The notes: generated from the sequence alone by a model not told the origin. A stretch of DNA of 64,000 nucleotides from Myxococcota bacterium (GCA_036149055.1 JAYZQJ010000178.1:1-64000); one strand, 5' to 3'; positions 9,107-19,311 are shown, numbered from the stretch's first letter. Numbers and translations are program-made.

Positions 9107-10447
9107 ATGTCCGAGCGAGGTGGGAAGTACAGCCCGCTCAACCTCGGCGTGATCAGCCTGCTCTGCGATCCGCTGCTCATCCCCTCCATCATCGCGCTGA
9201 GCCGGGGCTTCTCGGAGCTGCGCGAGGTCGACCGCCGCGAGGCCGGAGGGCACTGGTCGCCGGAGCATCGCGAGATCCGCACCGGCGCGGTCTGGGGCAT
9301 CGCCCTCGGCGGGGCGCGCCCGGCGGTCGCCGTGCTGCTGTTCGCCATGGTGATGACCGACGTGGCGTTCTCCGATCCCGACGCGGTGGTCGAGCGGCCG
9401 CTGCGCTTCCCGGACGAGACCGTCGAGGTGGTCGACGACGTCACCGGCGCCGACGAGGCGCGCCGCGACGTCGCCCTCGCGCAGGTCGGGGAGATCGGCT
9501 GGCAGCTCGATCTGGAGCAGCGTCGACGGCTGCTCGACTGGAGCGCGAGCGCGTCGATCGAGCCGGAGCGGAGGACGCGGCTCGTCACCCAGGTCATCGA
9601 GACCGACGCGCGCCGCGAGCTCATGCCGGACGACCTCGGGCCGGTGTCTCAGCTCGGCCCCGCCGCCCGCGCCGCGGTCTTCACCCACCTCCTGTCGCCG
9701 TCGCTCCCCTCGCCTCGCTTCGCCGGCGCGCTCCGGGTCCTCGGGGACATGCTCGCGCGGCCCGACGCGTTCGTCCCGGGCGCGCACGCCCTGGCCGCCT
9801 CCCCGCTGGCGCCGGAGCTCTTCGCCGCGCTCGTCGAGCGTCGGGACCCGAACGCCGTGTCGCTCGGCGCGGAGCTCTGCCGGCGCTGGGAGGAGATCGA
9901 CGCCTCCGACCTGCGCGAGGCGGTGCTCGCGGGGCTCGGCGACCCGGAGCGCGCCTCCGCCGATCACGTCGACCTCGCGCGCTGCCTGGACGGCGCGGAC
10001 GTCGACCGCGCGCTCGTCGCGCTCGCCGGTCGCGGCGGCTCGCTCGGGGTCCACGCCCTGTCGCTCGCCCTCGACCGCCACGTCCGGGTCTCGCGCTCGG
10101 TGGTCTCGCGGCTCGCGCTCGACCCGATGACCTTCGAGCAGGTCCGCGACGCGCTCGACGCGCGGGACCGCGGCGAGCTCCTCGAGGCGCGCTTCCGCAC
10201 GCGCGACCATCGGGTGGACATGATCGCGCGCCGCCGCTTTCGGGGCACCCACCGGGTGGAGCGCCGGGAGCACGGCCCCGGGCAGCGCTGCTACGTGTAC
10301 GCCGCGGCCGACGGAGAAGCGGGCGCCCTCTGCGATCACGAGGAGGTCGACGCCGACCCGCTCGTGGCGGCCGCGCTGCTCGATGAGGACCGCGACGCGC
10401 TGTGCGCCCGGGTCTGCGGCGACGCCGCGGGGGGAGCGGCCCGGTGA
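9107..10447 (+). CDS. Hypothetical membrane-anchored protein with helical-repeat-like soluble part
   Basis: ATG at 9107, two N-terminal hydrophobic segments, Leu/Ala-rich helical remainder; stop overlaps the next GTG start. Confidence 0.6.
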   Translation: MSERGGKYSPLNLGVISLLCDPLLIPSIIALSRGFSELREVDRREAGGHWSPEHREIRTGAVWGIALGGARPAVAVLLFAMVMTDVAFSDPDAVVERPLRFPDETVEVVDDVTGADEARRDVALAQVGEIGWQLDLEQRRRLLDWSASASIEPERRTRLVTQVIETDARRELMPDDLGPVSQLGPAARAAVFTHLLSPSLPSPRFAGALRVLGDMLARPDAFVPGAHALAASPLAPELFAALVERRDPNAVSLGAELCRRWEEIDASDLREAVLAGLGDPERASADHVDLARCLDGADVDRALVALAGRGGSLGVHALSLALDRHVRVSRSVVSRLALDPMTFEQVRDALDARDRGELLEARFRTRDHRVDMIARRRFRGTHRVERREHGPGQRCYVYAAADGEAGALCDHEEVDADPLVAAALLDEDRDALCARVCGDAAGGAAR

Positions 10448-11016
10448 CTCCGCTCGGCTACCGGCTCGCGATGGCGCTCGCCTCGGCGATCGGGATCCTC
10501 GGCGTGGCCCTGGCGACCCCGAGCGCGGCGGAGATCGGCTTCCTCGACGAGCGCGACTGCGAGGCCTTCCTCGCGCGGCCGGAGGCGATCGAGGGCGTGC
10601 GCCTCACGGAGTGCTCGGTCGACCCGACTCGCGGGTACGACGGCAGCGTGCTCGTCGTCTCGTCCGATCCCGACGCGGCGCCGCTCTTCGCCACCCCGAG
10701 CGATCCCACCCTCCGGATGCTCGTGGACGAGCGCTACGACGACGAGCAGGCGGTGCAGCGCTACCTCGCGCGTCACCCGGAGGTCGGGGCGCGCACCTAC
10801 GACTTCGAGGGCGACACCATCCCGCGCGGTCCGTACGCCACGGGCGCCGAGCTCGGCTTCTTCCTCCAGCCTCACGTGACCCGGGGCGGCGGCACCGCCG
10901 GCGTGGTGCTCGCGATCTTCGGGCTCGGGCTCGCGCTGCTCCTGTTCGGCCGACAGCGCGCGTGGCGGCGCCGGGAGCGGACGCTCCGGGGCGAGACGCC
11001 ACCTCTGTCGTTCTGA
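10444..11016 (+). CDS. Hypothetical membrane protein (two TM helices flanking a periplasmic domain)
   Basis: GTGA coupling to the upstream gene; hydrophobic N- and C-terminal segments. Confidence 0.6.
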   Translation: MTPLGYRLAMALASAIGILGVALATPSAAEIGFLDERDCEAFLARPEAIEGVRLTECSVDPTRGYDGSVLVVSSDPDAAPLFATPSDPTLRMLVDERYDDEQAVQRYLARHPEVGARTYDFEGDTIPRGPYATGAELGFFLQPHVTRGGGTAGVVLAIFGLGLALLLFGRQRAWRRRERTLRGETPPLSF

Positions 11017-11068
11017 CGACGGTCCTTCGGACACCGCGTTGCCGCCCGACGACCTGGCCTTAGATGCC

Positions 11069-11815
11069 ATGGGCGTCGTGCCTGCACCGTTCGCGAAACG
11101 CTTCCTCGACTGGCTCCGCGCTCGTGACCTCGAGCTGATGGGCCTCGGGACCCTCTTCTTCGCCCTCGTGCTCGGGTTCATCCGGATCGCCGACCGCGTG
11201 CGACAGGGCCCGCTCTCGATCGACGAGCGCATCCTGCTCTCGCTCCGCGAGCCCTCGGATCTCGCGGCGGGCATCGGCGGAGAGCACTTCCAGGGCATGG
11301 TGCGCGACGTCACGTCCCTCGGCTCGGGCACGCTGACCGTGCTCTTCACCGTCGGGCTGCTCGGCTACCTGCTGCTGACCAAGCGCCCCGCGGCCGCGCT
11401 CTACGTGGTGATCGCGGTGATCGGCTGCTGGCTGCTCAACGATCTGCTGAAGGACTTCTTCGCCCGGGAGCGGCCCACCATCGTGCCGCACCTCATGGGC
11501 GCCAGCGACCCGAGCTTCCCGAGCGGGCACACGATGATCTCGGCGACCTTCTACCCGACGATCGCCGAGCTCTTCGGCCGGCTCGTGCAGCGGCGACGGC
11601 TCCGCTTCTATCTGCTCGGGCTCGGCGTCTTCGTCGCCGCGCTCGTCGGCTTCACCCGCATCTATCTCGGCGTGCACTACCCGACCGACGTCGTCGCCGG
11701 CCTCTGCCTCGGCTTCAGCTGGGCGCTCCTGATCGGCATCGTCGGCCGCCTGCTCCAGCGGCGCGGCGTGGTCGAGAGCCGCGAGGAGGGCGAGCCGCTC
11801 GAGCAGCCCGTCTGA
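11069..11815 (+). CDS. PAP2 family membrane phosphatase (undecaprenyl-diphosphatase-like)
   Basis: Motifs KxxxxRxRP (LKDFFARERP), PSFPSGH and TRIYLGVHYPTDVVAG. Confidence 0.9.
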   Translation: MGVVPAPFAKRFLDWLRARDLELMGLGTLFFALVLGFIRIADRVRQGPLSIDERILLSLREPSDLAAGIGGEHFQGMVRDVTSLGSGTLTVLFTVGLLGYLLLTKRPAAALYVVIAVIGCWLLNDLLKDFFARERPTIVPHLMGASDPSFPSGHTMISATFYPTIAELFGRLVQRRRLRFYLLGLGVFVAALVGFTRIYLGVHYPTDVVAGLCLGFSWALLIGIVGRLLQRRGVVESREEGEPLEQPV

Positions 11816-11824
11816 CGGAACGAG

Positions 11825-11858
11825 ACGAGCCGCGCACCCCGAGAGGCGCGCGGCTCGT
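11825..11858. terminator. Hairpin between convergent genes (possible bidirectional terminator)
   Basis: 11-bp perfect stem ACGAGCCGCGC / GCGCGGCTCGT; no clear U-tract. Confidence 0.45.
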
Positions 11859-11875
11859 GGGAGAGACCCGAGGCT

Positions 11876-13939
11876 TCAGCGGCGCCGACGCCAGAGCGCC
11901 AGGCCGAAGAGCGCGAGGCCGAAGGCGGCCGAGCCGGGGAAGCCGCGGCGCGCGCCGGCGGCCGAGCAGCTGCAGCCCTCGTCGCCGCCGCCGTCCACGC
12001 CGCCGTCGACGCCGCCGTCCGCGGTCACGCTGGCGTCGTCGCCCATGACGCCCGCGTCGTCGTCCATGACGCCCGCGTCGCCCATGACGCCGCCGTCCGG
12101 GAGGACCTCCATGCCGCAGGTCTCGTCGCAGCCGTCGCCGGACGTGGTGTTGCCGTCGTCGCACTCCTCCCCGTCGTCCGTGTCGACGTTGCCGTCGCCG
12201 CAGACCGCGCCGGTGAGGGAGAGCTCCATCGAGCAGTCGGCCGCGCACTCGGTGCAGGTGGCCATGCCGTAGACGCACTCGGTCTCGTCGACCGTGTTGC
12301 CGTCGTCGCAGGTCTCCTCACCCGCGTCGACGTTGCCGTCGCCGCAGACGCCGCCGGTCAGGGAGAGGGTGGTGGCGCAGTCGTCCGAGCAGGCCATGCA
12401 GGACGCCATGCCGTAGGGACAGGCGGTCTCGGTGGTGGTGTTGCCGTCGTCGCAGGTCTCCTCGCCCGCGTCGACGGTTCCGTCGCCGCAGACGCCGCCG
12501 GTGAGGGAGAGGGTGGTGGCGCAGTCGTCCGAGCAGGCCATGCAGGACGCCATGCCGTAGGGGCAGGCGGTCTCGGTGGTGGTGTTGCCGTCGTCGCAGG
12601 TCTCCTCGCCCGCGTCGACGGTGCCGTCGCCGCAGACGCCGCCGGTCAGGGAGAGCGCCATCGAGCAGTCGGCGGAGCAGGCCATGCAGGACGCCATGCC
12701 GTAGGGGCAGGCGGTCTCGGTCATGGTGTTTCCGTCGTCGCAGGCCTCGTCGCCGACGTCGGTCGTGCCGTCGCCGCAGACCGGCCCGGTCAGGTTGAGC
12801 ACCATGCCGCAGTCCGCGCTGCAGGCCATGCAGGTCGCGATGCCGTAGATGCACTCGGTCTCGGTGGTGGTGTTGCCGTCGTCGCAGGTCTCGCCCGCGT
12901 CGACCATGCCGTCGCCGCAGACGCCGCCGCCGAGCATGATCTCCGCGGTGCAGTCCGCGTTGCAGACGGTGCAGCTCGAGGCGCCGCCCGGGCACATCGT
13001 CTCGGTGGTGGTGTTGCCGTCGTCGCAGGCCTCTTCGCCGGCGTCGGTCGTGCCGTCACCGCAGACGCCGCCGGTGAGCGCGAGCGTCATCGAGCAGTCG
13101 CCCGAGCAGGCCATGCAGGAGGCGGTGCCGTACGCGCACTCGGTCTCGGTGGTGGTGTTGCCGTCGTCGCAGGTCTCGCCCGCGTCGAGCGTGCCGTCGC
13201 CGCACATGCCGCTCGCGGCCGGCACCGAGACGCTGAGGTCGTCGATCGCGATCTCGTCGCGGCCTCCCGACCCGCTCGCGTCGTCGCTCAGGAAGCGCAC
13301 GATCACGTTCTCGCCCGCGGCGACCGGCGTGGCCGAGAGATCGACCGTCGCCGAGTACATCGTGCCCACCCAGACCGGGCCGGCGTCGGCCGCCTCGGGG
13401 GTCGCCGTGGCCAGGCTCGGCACCGCGATCGGGCCGCCGCCGGTCTCGCGCTCCACCTCGACGGTGAAGGTGTTGGAGCGACCCTGGTCGTTCAGCACGT
13501 AGAGGGTGTAGGCGAGGTCGAGCGAGGTGAGCGCCGCGCCGGTCCCGTTCTGGACCCGGAGCTCGAGGGTGCCGGGGGTGAAGTCGCTTCCGCCCAGCTG
13601 CACGCCGAGCGCCGGGTTGCCCGCGCCGCCGGCCTCGAACGCGTAGAGACCGCCCGTGGTGACGCCGCCGGCCGAGGCGCCGCGCCCGTGGTCGCCGCCC
13701 GTCGCGCTGCCGCCGAAGGTGGTGTCCCCGTCCGACATCCCGGTGACGCGCCACTCGTCCGAGTCGAGCTCGCCGGCCGAGGGCATCGGCACGAGGCCGG
13801 TGCCGGTGTAGGCAGAGAAGTCCTCGGTCACCGGGGAGCCGGCGCTCACCGCGCGCTGCGCGGCGGCCGATGTCGCGAACGACACCGTCGAGAGGCCGAG
13901 GAGAAGACAAGGTAGGATGAAACGATGTTGCGTGTGCAT
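11876..13939 (-). CDS. Cell-surface protein with Myxococcus Cys-rich repeats and MYXO-CTERM anchor
   Basis: Signal peptide, beta-rich N-domain, repeated CGDG..D.GE.CDDGN units, C-terminal GCSCSAAG...LALFGLALWRRRR. Confidence 0.85.
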   Translation of the reverse strand: MHTQHRFILPCLLLGLSTVSFATSAAAQRAVSAGSPVTEDFSAYTGTGLVPMPSAGELDSDEWRVTGMSDGDTTFGGSATGGDHGRGASAGGVTTGGLYAFEAGGAGNPALGVQLGGSDFTPGTLELRVQNGTGAALTSLDLAYTLYVLNDQGRSNTFTVEVERETGGGPIAVPSLATATPEAADAGPVWVGTMYSATVDLSATPVAAGENVIVRFLSDDASGSGGRDEIAIDDLSVSVPAASGMCGDGTLDAGETCDDGNTTTETECAYGTASCMACSGDCSMTLALTGGVCGDGTTDAGEEACDDGNTTTETMCPGGASSCTVCNADCTAEIMLGGGVCGDGMVDAGETCDDGNTTTETECIYGIATCMACSADCGMVLNLTGPVCGDGTTDVGDEACDDGNTMTETACPYGMASCMACSADCSMALSLTGGVCGDGTVDAGEETCDDGNTTTETACPYGMASCMACSDDCATTLSLTGGVCGDGTVDAGEETCDDGNTTTETACPYGMASCMACSDDCATTLSLTGGVCGDGNVDAGEETCDDGNTVDETECVYGMATCTECAADCSMELSLTGAVCGDGNVDTDDGEECDDGNTTSGDGCDETCGMEVLPDGGVMGDAGVMDDDAGVMGDDASVTADGGVDGGVDGGGDEGCSCSAAGARRGFPGSAAFGLALFGLALWRRRR
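12108..13207 (-). repeat. Coding tandem repeats of ~141-144 bp: seven 47-48 aa six-Cys units plus one short canonical unit
   Basis: tcgtcgcaggtctcctc recurs at a 144-bp period (e.g. 12447 and 12591); two units are identical in protein sequence. Confidence 0.85.
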
Positions 13940-13993
13940 GTCGGCGCAGGCTGTAGACGGACTGCGTCAGCCACGCAACATCGATGACGCGAT

Positions 13994-14983
13994 TCAACGA
14001 CAGCCGAGCACGAAGATCCCGCCGGTGTCGTCGATCGCCACGGCGTGATCTCGGCCCGGCTGGGCGCGCACGTCGACGAGCCCCTCGACCGCCACCGAGG
14101 CGAGCTCGGCTCCGTCGAGCCCTCGCGCCACCACCCGGCCAGGCTCGGCGACCAGGACCGCGTCGCCCCCCGGCGCGAACGCCACCCCGCGCGAGGGCTC
14201 CGTCCCGAGCACGCGCGTTCCCTCACTGTCGTGGATCGCCACGCCGCCGTCCCCCGCCGCGAGCAGGCGCCCCTCTTCGACCGCCAGGGCGACGAGCGCG
14301 CCCTCGAGGGCGACCGTCTCGGGCGTCCCCCCGATCCGGGCGAGCGCGGCCTGCCCGCCGTGCGCGCCCACGACCCAGGCCCCCGAGTCGTCCAGCGCGA
14401 CGGCCCGCGGCGCGTCGATCGGCGCGCTCACCTCGGCGCCGTCGACGCTCAGCCCGTCCGCCAGCGCGGCCCAGCGCTCGCCCCTCGCGTCCAGGGACCG
14501 CACCGCTCCGGTCACCGTCGCCTCGAAGGCGGGCTCGAGGTCGGCGGTGCGGTAGCGCACGACCCGGCCCGTCTCGTCCCCCGCCCAGAGCGCGCCCGGC
14601 GCGTACGCGAGCGCCCCGACCACCGGGCTGCCCGCGCCGAACGCCGCGTCGTAGACCGGCGCCCCCGCCCGGAGCCCGCCCGACGACGTGCCCTCCACCG
14701 TCCAGAGCTTGATCGCCCCGTCGGTGGAGGCGACCGCGATCTGCCCGCTCGTCCCCCAGTCCAGGGTGATCAGCCCGCCGTGGTCGGTGACGACGTTGTT
14801 GTCCAGGGTCCGCAGGACCTCCAGCGCGCCGCCCCGCGCGAGGCAGCTCCCGGACGTCCCGGCGTCGGTCGCGGCGTCGCGGATGACGGGGACCCCGGCG
14901 TCGGGGCGGAGGACCTCGGGGGGCGCGCCGTCGCAGCCGGCGACCAGGAGGAGCGGGAGAAGCGGCAGGGCCATGGCTCGCAT
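13994..14983 (-). CDS. Lipoprotein with WD40/YVTN-like beta-propeller
   Basis: Lipobox LVAGC; WD40-like IAVASTDGAIKLW, GDETGRVVRY, GVAFAPGGDAV. Confidence 0.65.
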   Translation of the reverse strand: MRAMALPLLPLLLVAGCDGAPPEVLRPDAGVPVIRDAATDAGTSGSCLARGGALEVLRTLDNNVVTDHGGLITLDWGTSGQIAVASTDGAIKLWTVEGTSSGGLRAGAPVYDAAFGAGSPVVGALAYAPGALWAGDETGRVVRYRTADLEPAFEATVTGAVRSLDARGERWAALADGLSVDGAEVSAPIDAPRAVALDDSGAWVVGAHGGQAALARIGGTPETVALEGALVALAVEEGRLLAAGDGGVAIHDSEGTRVLGTEPSRGVAFAPGGDAVLVAEPGRVVARGLDGAELASVAVEGLVDVRAQPGRDHAVAIDDTGGIFVLGCR

Positions 14984-15113
14984 GCCCTCCAGCCTGCGGG
15001 ATCGCGCCCATGCGCAGAACTACCGGTTCACGATGGCAGCCATAGCGTGAGGTTATCCACTCCCGACGTGAGGGGTTGTGGGCTCCCCCGGAGCGCGCGC
15101 TAAGCTGCCTGGA

Positions 15114-16505
15114 ATGCTCACGTTCCGACTCAACGGACGCGAGGTCGACGCGAGCGGCGCCGACCCGAACACCACCCTGCTCGGCTGGCTCCGCGAGCGC
15201 GGGCTCACCGGCTCGAAGGAGGGCTGCGCCGAGGGAGAGTGCGGCGCCTGCGCGGTGGTCGTGGTCACCGAGGGCCCGGGCGGCGAGACCCGCTACCAGC
15301 CGGTCAACAGCTGCCTCTACCTGCTCGGCTCGGCCATCGGCCGCGAGATCCTGACCGTCGAGGGCGTGGCCAACGGCCAGCTCCACCCGGTGCAGCAGGC
15401 CATGGTCGAGCTCGGCGGGAGTCAGTGCGGCTACTGCACGCCGGGCTTCATCATGAGCCTCTTCGCCGAGTACTACCGGGACGGCCGCGCCGAGGGCGAG
15501 CTCGACCCGGAGTCGATCGCCGGCAACCTCTGCCGCTGCACCGGCTACCGCCCCATCCGCGACGCCGGCCGGCGCCTGCCGGTGGTGAGCGACGGAGACG
15601 CCCACGGCGCGCGCCTGAGGTCGCCCGCGCCGGCGCCCGTCGACGTGAGCCTGACCCGCGGCGACCGCGCCTACCTGCGCCCGACCCGCCTCGCCGGCGT
15701 GTTCGAGGCGCTCGAGGCGCACCCGGACGCCAAGCTCGTCACCGGTGGCACCGACGCGGTGGTCGAGATGAACCAGCGCCTCACCCGCTACGACGCGATC
15801 GTCTCGCTCGAGGCGGTGGAGGAGCTGCGGACCTGGGACGACGCCGACGACGCGCTGACCATCGGCGCCGCGGTGCCGCTCGCCGAGATCGAGGAGCGCC
15901 TCGACGGCGCGCTGCCGATGATGGAGGCGCTGCTGCCGCTCTTCTCGTCGCGCCTCATCCGCAACCGCGCGACCCTCGGCGGCAACCTCGCGACCGCCAG
16001 CCCCATCGGGGACTCCCCGCCGGTCCTGCTCGCGCTCGGCGCCGAGGTGATCCTCGCCAGCAAGGGCGGCGAGCGCTCGGTCCCGGTGAGCGAGCTCTTC
16101 ACCGGCTACCGGCAGACCGCGCTCCAGCCCGGCGAGGTCATCGCCAAGGTGCGCATCCCTCGGCCGTTCCCGACCATCGGCCGCTTCTACAAGGTCAGCA
16201 AGCGCATCCACGACGACATCTCCACCGTCGCGGCCGGCTTCGCGATCGAGCTCGACGAGGGCGGCGTGGTGAAGTCGGCGCGCCTCGCCTACGGCGGCGT
16301 GGCGGCGACCCCGGCCCGGGCGAGCGACGCGGAGGAGGCGCTCGTCGGCAAGAAGTGGAGCGCCGAGGCGGTGGCCGACGCGAAGACCCGGCTGGCCAGG
16401 ACCTTCACCCCCATGACCGATCAACGCGGCAGCGCGGACTATCGCGCGGCCATGGTCACGCGGCTGCTCGACAAGCTGTGGGCCGAGACGGGAGCGAGCG
16501 CATGA
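15114..16505 (+). CDS. xdhA: Xanthine dehydrogenase small subunit (2Fe-2S + FAD)
   Basis: GSKEGCAEGECGAC, NSCL, QCGYCTPGF, GNLCRCTGYRPI, RNRATLGGN, YKVSKRIHDDIS. Confidence 0.93.
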   Translation: MLTFRLNGREVDASGADPNTTLLGWLRERGLTGSKEGCAEGECGACAVVVVTEGPGGETRYQPVNSCLYLLGSAIGREILTVEGVANGQLHPVQQAMVELGGSQCGYCTPGFIMSLFAEYYRDGRAEGELDPESIAGNLCRCTGYRPIRDAGRRLPVVSDGDAHGARLRSPAPAPVDVSLTRGDRAYLRPTRLAGVFEALEAHPDAKLVTGGTDAVVEMNQRLTRYDAIVSLEAVEELRTWDDADDALTIGAAVPLAEIEERLDGALPMMEALLPLFSSRLIRNRATLGGNLATASPIGDSPPVLLALGAEVILASKGGERSVPVSELFTGYRQTALQPGEVIAKVRIPRPFPTIGRFYKVSKRIHDDISTVAAGFAIELDEGGVVKSARLAYGGVAATPARASDAEEALVGKKWSAEAVADAKTRLARTFTPMTDQRGSADYRAAMVTRLLDKLWAETGASA

Positions 16506-18868
16506 GCGTCGGCAAGTCCATCTCGCACGAGAGCGCCGAGGGCCACGTCACCGGCGCGGCCCTCTACACCGACGATCTCGTCCCCCGCTACCCCGGCTGC
16601 CTGCACGCCTGGCCCGTCCAGGTGATGGCGGCGCGCGCGCGCATCGACGCGCTGCACCTCGACGAGGCGCGGCGTCACCCCGGCGTGGTCGCGGTGCTCA
16701 CCGCCGACGACGTGCCGGGCGAGAACGACACCGGCGCCGCGAGGCGCGACGAGCCGCTCTTCCCGACGGAGGAGATCGTCTACTGGGGCCAGGCGGTCGC
16801 CTGGGTGCTCGCCGAGACCGAGGAGGCGGCGAAGATGGCCTCGCTGAAGGCGAAGGTCGACTTCACGCCGCTCGACGCGATCACCAGCATCGAGCAGGCC
16901 ATCGAGGCGGAGAGCTTCCACACCGAGCCGGGCGAGATCGCCCGCGGGGACCTCGACGCCGCGTTCCGGAGCGCGCCGCACACCGCCGAGGGCGAGCTCT
17001 TCGTCGGCGGCCAGGAGCACTTCTACCTCGAGACCCAGGCGGCGATCGCCGACGTCGACGAGGCGGGCAGCGTGCTCGTGCAGTCCAGCACCCAGCACCC
17101 GACCGAGACCCAGGAGATCGTCGCTCGCGTGCTCGGCATCCCGCGCAACGAGGTCGTCGTGCAGTCGCTGCGCATGGGCGGCGCGTTCGGCGGCAAGGAG
17201 GTCCAGGCCAACCCGTGGGCCGCGGTCGCCGCGATCGGCTGCAAGCTGACCGGGCGCCCGGTGCGCGTGCGCCTCGACCGGATGCGCGACTTCACGCTCA
17301 CCGGCAAGCGTCACCCCTTCCTCGGCCGCTACCGCGTCGCCTTCGACGACGAGGGCACGCTCCTCGGCTTCGATCTCGACCTCTACTCCGACGGCGGCTG
17401 GTCGCTGGATCTGAGCGCCCCGGTCTTCCACCGCGCGCTCTTCCACGCCGACAACGCGTATTACGTGCCGAACCTCCGGGTCCGCGGCCGGGTCTGCAAG
17501 ACCAACGTCTGCTCGCACACCGCCTTCCGCGGCTTCGGCGGCCCGCAGGGCATGCTGATGATCGAGGACGCGATCGACCGCGTGGCCCGCGCGGTGAAGC
17601 TGCCGCCCCACGCGGTGCGGGAGCGCAACTTCTACCGCCCCGGGCACACCACGCACTACGAGCAGCCGGTCGAGCAGGCCGACCGCATCGAGCGCATCTG
17701 GACCGAGCTCCGCGGCAGCAGCCAGTTCGACGAGCGCTTCATGGAGATCGAGGCTTTCAACGCCCGGAGCGCGCACGTCAAGCGCGGGGTCGCGATCACG
17801 CCGGTGAAGTTCGGCATCTCGTTCACCGCCAAGTGGTACAACCAGGCCGGCGCGCTCGTGCTCGTCTACCGCGACGGCTCGGTGCAGGTGAACCACGGCG
17901 GCACCGAGATGGGCCAGGGCCTGCACACCAAGATGCTGCAGATCGCCGCCCACACCCTCGGCGTGCCCCTCGAGATGGTCCGCATCATGCCGACCCGGAC
18001 CGACAAGGTCCCGAACACCAGCGCGACCGCCGCCTCGAGCGGCACCGACCTGAACGGCGCGGCGGTGAAGGACGCCTGCGAGCAGCTGATCGAGCGGCTC
18101 CGGCCGATCGCGGCGAAGATGCTCGAGGTCGACCCCGACGAGGTCGAATTCGTGGACGGCGTCGCCCGACGCGCGCATCTCTGGAACCGCTCCATCCCCT
18201 TCGCCGACGTGGTCGAGAAGGCCTACATGGACCGGGTGCAGCTCAGCGCGACCGGCTTCTACAAGACGCCGCGCATCCACTTCGACGCCAAGGCCGGCCG
18301 CGGCAAGCCCTTCCACTACTTCGCGTACGGCGCGGCGGTGACCGAGGTCGAGGTCGACGGCTTCACCGGCATGTACACGATCGAGCGCGTGGACATCCTG
18401 CACGACTGCGGGACGAGCCTCTCGCCGCTGGTCGATCGCGGGCAGGTCGAGGGCGGGTTCATGCAGGGCCTCGGTTGGCTCACCCAGGAGGAGCTGTGGT
18501 GGGCCGACGACGGGCGGCTCGGCACCTCGAACGCCTCGACCTACAAGCTCCCGACGCTCGGCGAGGCGCCCGAGGAGATGCACGTCTCGCTCCTGCCCAA
18601 GGCCGAGGAGCCAGGCGTGGTGTACGGCAGCAAGGCGGTGGGAGAGCCGCCGTTCATGCTCGCGATCAGCGCGCGCGAGGCCATCCGGCACGCGGTCAGC
18701 GCCTTCGCCAGCGCCGGCCAGCCGGTGGAGCTCGCCAGCCCCGCCACCGCCGAGAAGACCTACTGGGCGATCGAGCGGCTGATGGCGCGCGAAGCCGAGG
18801 CGGCGATGGACGCGATCCGACAGGCGAGCCAGCCGGCCAGCGGCGCCGCCTCCGGAGCGGCGGAGTGA
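16502..18868 (+). CDS. xdhB: Xanthine dehydrogenase molybdopterin-binding subunit
   Basis: HESAEGHVTG, GGQEHFYLE, MGGAFGGKE, AFRGFGGPQG, GGTEMGQGLHTK, SKAVGEPP; ATGA overlap with xdhA. Confidence 0.95.
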   Translation: MSVGKSISHESAEGHVTGAALYTDDLVPRYPGCLHAWPVQVMAARARIDALHLDEARRHPGVVAVLTADDVPGENDTGAARRDEPLFPTEEIVYWGQAVAWVLAETEEAAKMASLKAKVDFTPLDAITSIEQAIEAESFHTEPGEIARGDLDAAFRSAPHTAEGELFVGGQEHFYLETQAAIADVDEAGSVLVQSSTQHPTETQEIVARVLGIPRNEVVVQSLRMGGAFGGKEVQANPWAAVAAIGCKLTGRPVRVRLDRMRDFTLTGKRHPFLGRYRVAFDDEGTLLGFDLDLYSDGGWSLDLSAPVFHRALFHADNAYYVPNLRVRGRVCKTNVCSHTAFRGFGGPQGMLMIEDAIDRVARAVKLPPHAVRERNFYRPGHTTHYEQPVEQADRIERIWTELRGSSQFDERFMEIEAFNARSAHVKRGVAITPVKFGISFTAKWYNQAGALVLVYRDGSVQVNHGGTEMGQGLHTKMLQIAAHTLGVPLEMVRIMPTRTDKVPNTSATAASSGTDLNGAAVKDACEQLIERLRPIAAKMLEVDPDEVEFVDGVARRAHLWNRSIPFADVVEKAYMDRVQLSATGFYKTPRIHFDAKAGRGKPFHYFAYGAAVTEVEVDGFTGMYTIERVDILHDCGTSLSPLVDRGQVEGGFMQGLGWLTQEELWWADDGRLGTSNASTYKLPTLGEAPEEMHVSLLPKAEEPGVVYGSKAVGEPPFMLAISAREAIRHAVSAFASAGQPVELASPATAEKTYWAIERLMAREAEAAMDAIRQASQPASGAASGAAE

Positions 18869-19311
18869 AGATCGAGTCGCTGTCGGACGAGGCCCGTCAG
18901 GCAGCGTTCGAGGCGATGGTGGCGATGGCCTGGGCCGACGCGCACCTGACCCGCGAGGAGGTCTTCGCCGTGCGGGCCGCCGGCGAGCTGCTCACCCTCG
19001 ACGCCGACGTGCTCGACGCCCTCGACGCCGGCCCCCCGGACCTCTCGAGCCTGCCCATCGAGGGCCTGAACTGGGCCGACCGCCGCCTCGTGTACCTGTG
19101 CGCCGCGTGGATGGCGGTGGTGGACGGACGCGAAGACGACGTGGAGGGCGCGCTCCTGGCCGAGCTCCGCGAGCGCCTCGACATCCCCCACGACGAGGCG
19201 GTGACCCTGCGCGAAGACGCGCGCATGATGCACGTGACCGCCCCGTCCTCGATGCCCTGGTATGAAGAGCTGGCCGCCGTCATCTCCGCCGCGGCTTCTC
19301 GCCGTCCCTGA
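18865..19311 (+). CDS. TerB-like (tellurite resistance B family) protein
   Basis: Two TerB-type half motifs (AMAWADAHLTREE; WMAVVDGREDDVE..LLAELRERLDI); GTGA-coupled to xdhB. Confidence 0.65.
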   Translation: MKIESLSDEARQAAFEAMVAMAWADAHLTREEVFAVRAAGELLTLDADVLDALDAGPPDLSSLPIEGLNWADRRLVYLCAAWMAVVDGREDDVEGALLAELRERLDIPHDEAVTLREDARMMHVTAPSSMPWYEELAAVISAAASRRP

